64,000 bases of DNA, from contig JBNRSN020000001.1 of the NCBI GenBank assembly GCA_051313645.2, positions 527,620,001 to 527,684,000 of the forward strand. The letters are read 5' to 3'. This stretch comes from Centroscyllium fabricii. Lineage: Eukaryota. Positions 48,888 to 58,888 of this stretch are shown piece by piece; the first letter of the stretch is position 1; every line of letters begins with the position of its first letter. A program made the position numbers and the translations under genes. Under the pieces are notes generated by a model, which searched no databases, was not told where the DNA came from, and saw only the letters and a list, made by a program, of their open reading frames with translations.

Positions 48888-49727
48888 TTAGGATCTATTA
48901 GACCATCTCTCTCTCACGCACTTCTATTCTGCAGCCATACTCCCATTACAATCTTTTTTCTTTTCACTAATGGATCAATGGTACTATGGTCACTACTCCT
49001 CTAAACTTTCCTCTCTTGTTCCTTCTAAACCCTAAAAGTGTCACCTTCATCCCTCCTGCGTTCTCACTGGAGGTACTATCATGATCCCACGCTTGCAGAG
49101 TCGAACTGTGCTCACAGAAAGCACCTGTCCGAATTAAGACTACAGCATTAGAACCACGATTCTGTGACCCCGCTGAGCACAATCTTTGCTGGGAGCGCAG
49201 GATTGCGGAATTACGCCTGTCGTGTTGAAGTCAAAGCATTTCACACTGTCCAATACTCAAACCCATTCATTAACCAGAACCTCAAATCTGTTATCAGGGC
49301 TTTTCTATGGGATCAGATTCTGGCCTGCACCTGTAAGGATCACAGTCCAGACAGAACAAAACCGATGAGGCAAGGAGGTGGCGTTCCAGTCTTCTAGCTC
49401 TGTCACTGGGTGTGATGCTTGCTGGGAGCCCAAGCACAGGGGCGCCCAGAAAGAGCTAACACTCTGGTTTGCCCCTGACCTCCTCAGGACAGCCAGGCGC
49501 AGGACGAAGGTCTGCAGGTGAGCGCTGCATTATATTTTTCTTAACCCCTCTCCCAAGAATTTTCATGGACAGCTGGGATCTCATGGCTGCCAAGAACACA
49601 AACACATAATAAGAAATAGGAGCAGGAGTCGGCCATTTGTCCCCTCGAGCCTGCTCCGCCATTCAATACGATCATGGCTGAACTTCTACCTCATCTCCAC
49701 TTTCCTGCACTATCCCCATATCCCTTG

Positions 49728-52700
49728 TGTGGTAACCGTAATTACCACTGTAAATAGTTAAGCACACTATAGACCAGCATGTATAGTGGCTGGGTGCATT
49801 GTACATAGTTTTGTATTACGACACTGTCGCGAGGTCAGGTCAGCCACACCTCTAACTCCTCCCCTCAGGTGAGTGCCTTATAGGTGGGCTCTGACCTGCC
49901 CCCATTCATTCTGTACTCGATATTCAACTGGAGAGTAGCTCCATTGTAAAGTGAATAAAAGCCTATAGTTAAGGTAACTACTCGTCTTTGATTCATTGAC
50001 GATACGTCAATTTTATTCACTCTAAAATTAAAATGGAGAGCGGCGCTGTGAAACCCGAAAAGCTGGATGTCAGTCCACAGGACCCAGCCGCCATGAATGC
50101 GTTTGAACATTGGTTCAGCCTCGTCGAGGCCTACATAGAGGCCGCAACCGGCATCTCGTCCAGCGCGGTCTGCTGCGTGCGAATCACGGGCGCTGCCAAC
50201 TCAGCCACCGCGGCCCGCTGCGTGCGAACCACGGGCACCGCCACCGCATCCACAGCGACCCGCCACGTGCGAATCATGGGCGCCGCCATCTTGTCTTCAG
50301 CGGCCAGCCATGTGCGACTCCCCGGCGTCGCCATCTTGTCCTCAGCGGCCAGCCATGTGTGACCCCCGGCGCCGCCATCTTGTCTTCAGCGGCCAGCCCT
50401 GTGAGACTCCCCGGCGCCGCCATCTTGTCCACCGCAGTCGGCCACGTGCGAATCACGGGCGCCGCCATCTTGTGCACAGCCCCAGCTAGCGGAGGGCCCC
50501 CACACACGCAAATACACTTCGGCCTCAGCCACGGTCGACCAGGTTAGGCCGCACACCCTATCAATATACATGATGGGGATTAAAGTTAACGGCCATATCA
50601 CCAACAGCCTGTTCGACACCGGAAGCACAGAGAGCTTCATTCACCCCGACACAGCGCGGCGCTACGGACTGCAGACCCTGCCCATGCACTACCAAATCTT
50701 CCTTGCTTCAAAGTCCCACACGGCGGACGTCACCAGCTACTGCTCCATCACGCTCACAGTCAGGGACTGCGTGTACCGTAATTTTAAACTGTACATACTC
50801 CAGCAGTTGTGCGCCCCAGTCTTACTGCGACTAGATTTCCAGTGCCACCTGAAGAGCGTGACAATGGAGTTCGGCGGGACCCTGGCCCCCCTCACCGTTA
50901 ATTGCCGGGACAATCCCTTCCTAAAGCGGAGCCCAACTTGCGGCCTTTCCACCCTGAAAGTCGACCCCCCCTCGCTGTTCGCCAACCTCGACCCCAACTG
51001 CAAACCCATTGCTACCAAGAGTCGGCGTTACAGTGCAGGGGATCAGACATTTATCAGGACGGAGGTCGGGCGTATGCTGCAGGAGGGGATAATTGAAGCC
51101 AGCACCAGCCCCTGGCGGGCCCAGGTCGTAGTGCTTAAGACTGGCGAGAAACTGCGGATGGTGATCGACTACAGCCAGACCATTAACCGCTACACCGGGC
51201 TCGACGCCTACCCCCTTCCCCGCATCTCGGAAATGGTTAACCAGATCGCCCAGTACAAGGTGTTCTCCACAATTGACCTTAAGTCGCCGTATCACCAACT
51301 CCCGATCCGGAAAGCCGCCCGCCCGTACACTGCCTTCGAGGCGAACGGTCGGCTCTACCACTTCCTCCGGGTCCCCTTCGGCGTGACCAACGGAGTGTCG
51401 GTATTCCAGAGGGAGATGGACCGTATGGTTGACCAGAACGGGTTGCAAGCCACTTTCCCCTACCTGGACAACGTGACCATCTGTGGCCATGACCAGCAGG
51501 ACCACGATGCCAACCTGGCCAAATTTCTCCACACGCAGAAACGGCTCGATCTCACGTACAATAAAGACAAGTGCGTCTTTAGTACAGATCAGCTCGCCAT
51601 CCTCGGATATGTAGTGGAAAACGGGGTCCTTGGCTCCGACCCACAGCGTATGCGCCCCTTACAGGAACTGCCCTTACCTCACAACCCCAAGGCCCTGAAG
51701 AGATGTCTGGGATTTTTCTCCTATTATGCGCAATGGGTTCCCCAGTTCGCGGATAAGGCCAGACCGCTCCTCAAGGCTTCCGTCTTCCCCCTCTCGGTAG
51801 AAGCCCACACGGCATTCGCCCGGATCAAGGAAGATATTATCAAGGCGAACATGCACGCCGTTGATGACTCCATCCCTTTCCAGGTGGAGAGTGACGCTTC
51901 GGACTTTGCCCTTGCCGCCACCCTGAATCAGGCAGGTAGGCCCGTAGCGTTTTTCTCCCGCACCCTACAGGGACCCGAAACTCGCCACTCTGCAGTGGAA
52001 AAGGAGGCCCAGGCCATCGTGGAGGCCGTGCGCTACTGGCGTCATTACCTGGCCGGTAAGCGTTTTACCCTGCTCACCGACCAACGGTCGGTCGCGTTTA
52101 TGTTTAACAATAAACAAAAGGGTAAAATCAAGAATGATAAGATCCTGCGGTGGCGGATCGAGCTCTCGACTTACGAGTATGACATTCTTTACCGACCAGG
52201 CAAACTCAATGAACCCCCGGACGCACTGTCCAGGGGAACGTGCACCAGTGCCCAGCTAGACCGGCTGAAAGAACTCCACGATCGCCTCTGCCACCCGGGT
52301 ATCACCAGACTTGCCCCTTTCGTTAAATCACGTAGCCTCCCCTACTCCATCACGGAGATCAAGGCTATGACCCGAGAGTGCCCTGTTTGCGCCGAGTGCA
52401 AACCCCAATTTTACAGGCCAGACACGGCACACCTCATTAAGGCCACCCGCCCCTTTGAACGTCTAAGCGTGGACTTCAAAGGCCCCCTCCCCTCCACCGA
52501 CCGCAACTCGTACTTCCTCACGGTCGTAGACGTGTTCTCCCGCTTCCCCTTTGCCTTCCCCTGCCCAGATATGACTAGCGCAACGGTGATCAAACACTTC
52601 ACCACACTGTTCGCCATTTTCGGTCTCCCCAGCTACATCCATAGCGACCGGGGGTCATCGTTCATTAGCGACGAACTGCGTCAGTTTCTGCTTCAGAAAG

Positions 52701-53791
52701 GGGTTGCCTCAAGCAGAACGACCAGTTACAGCCCCCGGGGGAACGGCCAGGTAGAAAGGGAGAACGGGATCATCTGGAAGGCGGTCAGCCTGGCTCTGAA
52801 GTCCAGAGGCCTTCCAGTGTCCCTTTGGCAGGCAGTCCTCCCAGACGCGCTGCACTCCATCCGCTCTCTGCTGTGTACGGCTACCAACGCCACACCTCAC
52901 GAATTGCTCTTTTCCTTCCCCAGGAAGTCGACTTCGGGGACAGCACTCCCACCATGGCTCACGATGCCGGGGCCGGTCTTACTTAGAAAACATGTCCGCG
53001 GCCATAAGACCGACCCCCTGGTGGAGAAGGTGCAGCTGCTGCACGCCAACCCGCAGTACGCATATGTGCAGTTCCCGGACGGGCGCGAGGACACAGTTTC
53101 CATCAGGGACCTAGCGCCCGCCGGGAGCACCACAGCAGAGCCCCTGGTCGAGTCTCAGCCCGACCAGCCACCACCTACCGACCACTGGCTTACACACCAA
53201 CCACAACCCACCGGATCTTGGCCTATGCACACACACACACCGGGGCCCCCGACACTACCAGCCGAGGACCAAGAACCAGATGCCACACCACAGACACAGC
53301 TGCCGGAGGACCCGGCCCCGCCACCACTACCGGCACCAGCGCCGCTACCAGAACCCCGGCGGTCCTCAAGACAGACACGACCGCCGGAGAGACTTATTAT
53401 GAACTGTTGAGCTGGACTTATACAATGCAAAAAAAAAATTCTTCCTTCCCTGCATTAACAGGTTCTGTCCATTCACCCCGCCGGACTCAATTTTCAAAGA
53501 AGGGGTGAATGTGGTAACCGTAATTACCACTGTAAATAGTTAAGCACACTATAGACCAGCATGTATAGTGGCTGGGTGCATTGTACATAGTTTTGTATAA
53601 TGACACTGTCGCGAGGTCAGGTCAGCCACACCTCTAACTCCTCCCCTCAGGTTAGTGCCTTATAGGTGGGGTCTGACCTGCCCCCATTCATTCTGTACTC
53701 GATGTTCGACTGGAGAGTAGCTCCATTGTAAAGTGAATAAAAGCCTATAGTTAAGGTAACTACTCGTCTTTGGTTCATTGACAATACGTCA
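49728..53791 (+). mobile_element. Gypsy element D (PBS-less lineage), gag deleted, pol open
   Basis: 282-bp LTRs 49728-50009 and 53510-53791; TSD CCTTG/CATTG; PPT AAAGAAGGGGTGAA. Confidence 0.95.
50570..53410 (+). CDS. pol: Element D Pol (PR-RT-RNaseH-IN), 946 aa
   Basis: LFDTGS, YLDN, SDASD, HHCC and DDE motifs, all in one frame. Confidence 0.93.
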   Translation: MMGIKVNGHITNSLFDTGSTESFIHPDTARRYGLQTLPMHYQIFLASKSHTADVTSYCSITLTVRDCVYRNFKLYILQQLCAPVLLRLDFQCHLKSVTMEFGGTLAPLTVNCRDNPFLKRSPTCGLSTLKVDPPSLFANLDPNCKPIATKSRRYSAGDQTFIRTEVGRMLQEGIIEASTSPWRAQVVVLKTGEKLRMVIDYSQTINRYTGLDAYPLPRISEMVNQIAQYKVFSTIDLKSPYHQLPIRKAARPYTAFEANGRLYHFLRVPFGVTNGVSVFQREMDRMVDQNGLQATFPYLDNVTICGHDQQDHDANLAKFLHTQKRLDLTYNKDKCVFSTDQLAILGYVVENGVLGSDPQRMRPLQELPLPHNPKALKRCLGFFSYYAQWVPQFADKARPLLKASVFPLSVEAHTAFARIKEDIIKANMHAVDDSIPFQVESDASDFALAATLNQAGRPVAFFSRTLQGPETRHSAVEKEAQAIVEAVRYWRHYLAGKRFTLLTDQRSVAFMFNNKQKGKIKNDKILRWRIELSTYEYDILYRPGKLNEPPDALSRGTCTSAQLDRLKELHDRLCHPGITRLAPFVKSRSLPYSITEIKAMTRECPVCAECKPQFYRPDTAHLIKATRPFERLSVDFKGPLPSTDRNSYFLTVVDVFSRFPFAFPCPDMTSATVIKHFTTLFAIFGLPSYIHSDRGSSFISDELRQFLLQKGVASSRTTSYSPRGNGQVERENGIIWKAVSLALKSRGLPVSLWQAVLPDALHSIRSLLCTATNATPHELLFSFPRKSTSGTALPPWLTMPGPVLLRKHVRGHKTDPLVEKVQLLHANPQYAYVQFPDGREDTVSIRDLAPAGSTTAEPLVESQPDQPPPTDHWLTHQPQPTGSWPMHTHTPGPPTLPAEDQEPDATPQTQLPEDPAPPPLPAPAPLPEPRRSSRQTRPPERLIMNC

Positions 53792-54463
53792 CATTGATTC
53801 TCTTAATATTCAAAAATCTATTGATCTCGTCTTGAATGTACTCAACGACTGAGCCTCCACAGCCCTATGGGGTAGAGAATTCCAAAGATTCACCACCCTC
53901 TGAGTTAAGAAATTTCTCCTCATCTCAGTCCTAAATGGCCAACCCCTTATTCTGAGACTATGACACCTAGTTCTAGACTCCCCAGCCAGGGGAAACATCC
54001 TCCCTGCATCTACCCTGTCACGCCCTGAAAGAATTTTGTACTTTTCAATGAGATCAACCTCCATTGGACCCAATCTCCGAGGCCGGAGAGGCGGCTGTGT
54101 GCCTGAGAAGATTGCAGCTGCTCCTGACGTTCCTGCCAGCTTGAACCCCTGCCTGAGGGCAGGCCTGCACTGGGGCTTAAATGACCCGGGAGGGGAAATC
54201 CAGGGACTAGGCACCTGAGGGCGCTGTTCCTGTTTAGCACCGAAGCACAGAAGGCCTGGGATAATCAATCCTGTGACGCACAGAACCATGGGCCTGTAAT
54301 GTTATTTAAGGATCAGACGGGAGGCCAACACTAAGTTTCAACGGAGCTTCTTTATTCAGGCCTTATACACTGCCACTCCAAGCCTCAACTGAGGCATGGT
54401 TTAAGATGGCGTCGGCTCCCGCCACTCGGGCGTGACGTCAGATGTAAGTCAAGCCTGTGCTGT

Positions 54464-54730
54464 TGTGGTAACCGTGTATTACCATTGTATATAGTTGATG
54501 TGCTCACCTTACCATTGTATATAGTTGATGAGCTCACCTGATATTGTATGTTAGGCCAGGTCAGCCACACCCCTAACTCCTCCCCTCAGGTCGGAGCATA
54601 TAGGTGAGGGCTGCCCTGCCCCCGCTCACTCTCGCCTTGAACTCAACAGGAGACCAGCTCCATTGTTAGTGAATAAAAGCCTACAGTTTGGGTAACTACT
54701 CGTCTTTTGCGTTTGATTGACGATACATCA
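54464..54730 (+). mobile_element. Solo LTR of the same Gypsy lineage (fifth LTR type)
   Basis: TGTGGTAACC...GATACATCA; TSD GCTGT; shared GGTCAGCCACAC and GAATAAAAGCC blocks. Confidence 0.9.
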
Positions 54731-54943
54731 GCTGTCTTTACGCCAATCACAGCTATCCTTACACGGCCTAGGCTGTCCAACTAAATTTCTTTGAAAACTA
54801 CCAGAGGCCTTTCCTTGTGGATTCACGTATTATCCGTTCAGCCAACAAATCAGTTCACTGTTTGAAAGCAATAGGGGGAGAAAATCTTTTTTCTATACGC
54901 CACCAACGTGCATTTTCTTTAAGCCCACAGTACATACAGATTT

Positions 54944-55925
54944 AACAACAGAAAATGCTGGAAACACTCAGCAGGCCAGGCAGCATCGATGGGGAGAGGA
55001 ACACAGAGGGGGAGATTTTCGGAGGGCTGTGAGGGCGCATTTCCGGCGGGGCGAGGCTTAAAATCCCGAAACCGGGCCCCCTCCCGCCGGATCCCCGCCG
55101 CTTTGCAGTTTTCGGCCGGCATGTTTAGCTGGCCCGAATCTCTCCCGCCCGCCACCGGTGGGGTTGATCCTTGTGATCGTTAGGGGCCCTTAATTGCCAT
55201 GGATAACCCCATTTTAAGGGCCCCTCACGTTTTTTGAGCCCTTCCCACCCATACCCCGCCATCCTGAAACCCCGCCGGTGAAACCCAGCGGGATCACAGT
55301 CGACTTGGTCACTTTCACCTTCAAGGGATTGAAGGACCTGTAGCAGAATACCTTCCAGGTCTTCAACACCCTGGAGATGTAAGTGACTCCCTTGTCTGAG
55401 GAGCGGCTGTGGAGAAAACCTTCCAGAAACTTACCTGACAGATGAATGGAAATGCTTCACAGAGAGACGGCCCTAACTGTGATCTTTCCAGCGAGTCCTT
55501 AGACCTGTCACTCAACCCACTTGGGCTTTGAGATTGGTTGCAACACACAGTCCTTACCCCTGTCAATCAAGCCTTCGGCTGTCAACTGCAGCTCCGCCGT
55601 TTTCTGACTGGAATCAGTCAATTGGCAGGGGCTCTGACACGTGGGAAATTAATTGGCCAATTAAGCCAAAAATTGCGTGGGGCCCCCAGGCCCTTGAATA
55701 TTCATGTCAGAAACCTGATCCGCCCAAAACCCGCCAGCTTCCCACACCTTTGCGAAAATCGCCCCCCCCCCTCCATCGTTAACGTTTCAGGTCTGTGGTC
55801 CGTCGTCTGACCCGAAACGTTAACTCTGTTTCTCTCTCTCCGTGGATGCTGCCTGGCCAGCTGAGTTTTTCCAGCATTTTCTGTTGTTATTTCAGATTTC
55901 CAGCATCTGTAGTATTTCGCTTTTG
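54944..55925. repeat. Inverted Penelope-like repeat pair interrupted by MITE 55008-55770
   Basis: CTCAGCAGGCCAGGCAGCATC / GATGCTGCCTGGCCAGCTGAG arms; MITE ends GGGGGAGATTTTCG...CGAAAATCGCCCC. Confidence 0.68.
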
Positions 55926-56499
55926 TGCATACAGATTTGTTAGGCAATTTATACATCGTTTGAAATATCTTGTTTGTGAAATACATTGCAGAATAATCTT
56001 TCAGATCAACAGAATATGACATTCCAAAATAATTATGTTGAAAAATGTATTTTCACATGGTGTTTCTTAAGAAAATTAGTGCTGTACTTAAAATTGCTTC
56101 ATAAGTTTCAGTGTAAGTCCTAAGAGACACATAACTTCTAATAGCTACCCCATCAATTTGATACACATATAAATTCAATTAAATTTTCACATGACTTCAA
56201 TGTGAATTAATTATTAGACCATGGTATATGTTTCACATCCATCACAGTCAATGCCAAGTTAGATGATAGGGTGCAGAAAGCCATTTACAATCACGGTTGT
56301 CCCAGACTACTTCATCAAAGGAACAGGACAGATACATTAATTTGCACGTGCAGCAAACTGACAGGCATTTTGTCCTGGTCTAAAATAAAGAAATATTTTT
56401 CCAGTAAAATACATGTGGATCAAATGGAAAAAGGAGGACTTGCCAATCCTTTCAGATGTATTCCAGACGCTTCTACTGCCTGGAAACTATGGAAACTAT

Positions 56500-56700
56500 G
56501 GGCGGCACAGTGGCACAGTGGTTAGCACTGCTGTCTCACAGCACTGGAGACCCGGGTTCAAATCCAGCCTCGGGTACTACCTGTGTGGAGTTTGCACATT
56601 CTCCCCGTGTCTGCGTGGGTTTCCTCCAGGGTGCTCCGGTTTCCTCCCACAGTCCAAAGATGTGCGGGTTAGGTTGATTGGCCAGGATAAATTGACCCTT
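56500..56700 (+). mobile_element. V-SINE 5' half, fused to Gypsy gag F
   Basis: Head and V domain; junction at CCCTT microhomology. Confidence 0.82.
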
Positions 56701-57414
56701 TTTTGAGCACCTCTCGCAGGTCGCTGTCCTCGCGGGGCATCTCGCCCGTGGGTGAAGTCCCTGGCCGCAGAAGTAACATTTCTTCCTCGCCGGCGTCTTC
56801 GCAGCTGCCGCTGCCATTGTGGGGGTCTCGACCCATTGTGGGGCCGCCCAGGAGTCGAAGGTAGCGTGTGGATTTTGGCCGCCGTACACCTGTAGCCTGC
56901 GGAGTGCGCCCTCCACAGCGTTGGAGATGGAGATCGCATCGTCCAGTGTTAGTGTGTCCTTTTCCAGCAGCCGCTGGCGGGCCTCTGCAGACCTGAGTCC
57001 CGTTACATAGGCGTCCCGGACGAGGAGGTTCGCCTCCTCTTGTGCCGTCCGTGGTTTGCAGTCACAGGCCCGGACAAGGGCTTGGAGCGCCAACAGATAC
57101 TGTTCATTGGACTCACTTGCTAGTTGTGGTCTGGTTGCGAGCACATGTCTGGCGTAGACTGAGTGGACCGGACACTCGTAGCATTTCCTCAGTTTCTCCA
57201 CGGCTTCAGGGTACGTCTTAGCGTCACGGATGAAGGAGAATACCCTGCTGGACATCCTGGACGTGAGAACATGTAGCTTGTTCCCGTCGGTTGTAGCCTG
57301 GGCGACGTCCATGTAGGCCTCGACGAGGCCGAACCAGTGTTCGAAGGTGTTGGCGGCGGCTGGGTCCTGTGGACTAATGTCCAGCTTCTCGGGTTTTACA
57401 GCGCCGCTCTCCAT
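56701..57414 (-). pseudogene. gag: Gag of unit F, truncated in the zinc knuckle
   Basis: MESGAVKPEKLDISPQDP...CYFCGQG...CERCSKKG, then SINE sequence. Confidence 0.88.
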
Positions 57415-57510
57415 TTCAAAATTTTAAGCTAATAAAATTGACGTATCGTCAATAGTCTTAATAAAACTAAAGACGTGTAGTTACCTGAACTAAAGGCTTT
57501 ATTAGCTTAC

Positions 57511-58640
57511 AATTCAATTCAATTCAATTCAAGTTTTATTGTCATTGCAGAGTACTAGTACAATACAACGAGACGAAGACTCGACTCTCCCGAGAGTAGT
57601 GCAAATAAAATAAATAAATTACATGCAAATTGCATACAGTAAAGTACATTATCAGGCATGCAGGTGCCGGAGTTTCTTTTTAGAGTTCAGGAGGCTGACA
57701 GCCCTGGGGAAGAAGCTGTTCTGAAATCTAGTCGTGTGGGTGCAAATTGCTCTGTAGCGTCTCCCGGAGGGCAGGGGGGCGAACAGACTGTGGCTGGGGT
57801 CTGTGGGGTCTTTAATAATGTTCATAGACCTCCGTAAGCAGCGTTTGAGGTAGATGCTTTCCAATGACGGTAGCTGTGTACCGGTAATTCGTTGGGCAGT
57901 TTTGACTACCCGCTGCAGGGTTTTCCGGTCCGAGATAGTGCAATTACCATACCAGACAGTGATGCAGCTTGTCAGTATGCTTTCTATTGTGCAGCGGTAG
58001 AAGTTGGAGAGGATGCCGGATGGCAGCCTGGCTTTCTTCAGCTTCCTTAGGAAGTACAGGCGCTGTTGGGCCTTCTTAACCAGAGAGGAGGTGTTTAGTG
58101 ACCAGGAGAGATCTTCCGAGATGTGGACCCCGAGGAACTTGAAGCTGGACACCCTTTCCACTTCAGCCCCTTGGATGAAGATGGGGGTGTGTCTTCTGCT
58201 TCCAGTCCTCCGGAAGTCCACTATGATCTCCTTGGTTTTCTTGGTGTTCAGTGCCAGGTTGTTGTCGGCACACCAACCCACAAGGCGCTGGATCTCATCC
58301 CTGTATGCTGACTCGTCGTTGTTGGTGATCTGGCCAACCACCGTGGTGTCATCCGCGAACTTGATGATCGTGTTGGAGCCATGGACAGCCGCACAGTCGT
58401 GAGTGAAGAGGGAGTAGAGGAGGGGGCTGAGCACACAACGTTGTGGGGCCCCCGTGTTCAGGGTAAGTGGGGGGGAGGTGAGGTTGCCTAACTTCACAGA
58501 CTGTGGTCTGTTGGTTAGGAAGTCCAGGGTCCAGTTGCAGAGGGAGGTGTTCAGGCCGAGGGTGAGGAGTTTGGTAGACAATTTGCTGGGGACGATGGTG
58601 TTGAATGCTGAGCTGTAGTCAATAAACAGCATTCTGATAC
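57511..58640 (-). mobile_element. Rex1/Babar-type LINE inserted into the shared LTR
   Basis: RT ORF 57652-58632; (TTGAA)n tail; LTR rejoins as TTAGCTTAC|AAAGGAGC. Confidence 0.92.
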
Positions 58641-58888
58641 AAAGGAGCTACGCTCCGATCGAACATCAGGTACAAAATGAATGGGGGCAGGTCAGGCCCC
58701 ACCTATAAAGCACTCACCTGAGGGGAGGAGTTAGAGGTGTGGCTGACCTGACCCCGCGACAGTGTCGCAATACAGAACAGTTGTATCATGCACCTGGCCA
58801 CTATACATACACTGTAATATTGGTAACAATATTAAGGTGGTAATAAGAGTACATATAACGGTTACCACATTCACCCCTTCTTTGAAAA

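Larger units (their letters stand above)
49595..54060 (-). mobile_element. CR1 3' end split by Gypsy element D
   Basis: Tail 49595-49727 continues at 53792-54060. Confidence 0.8.
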
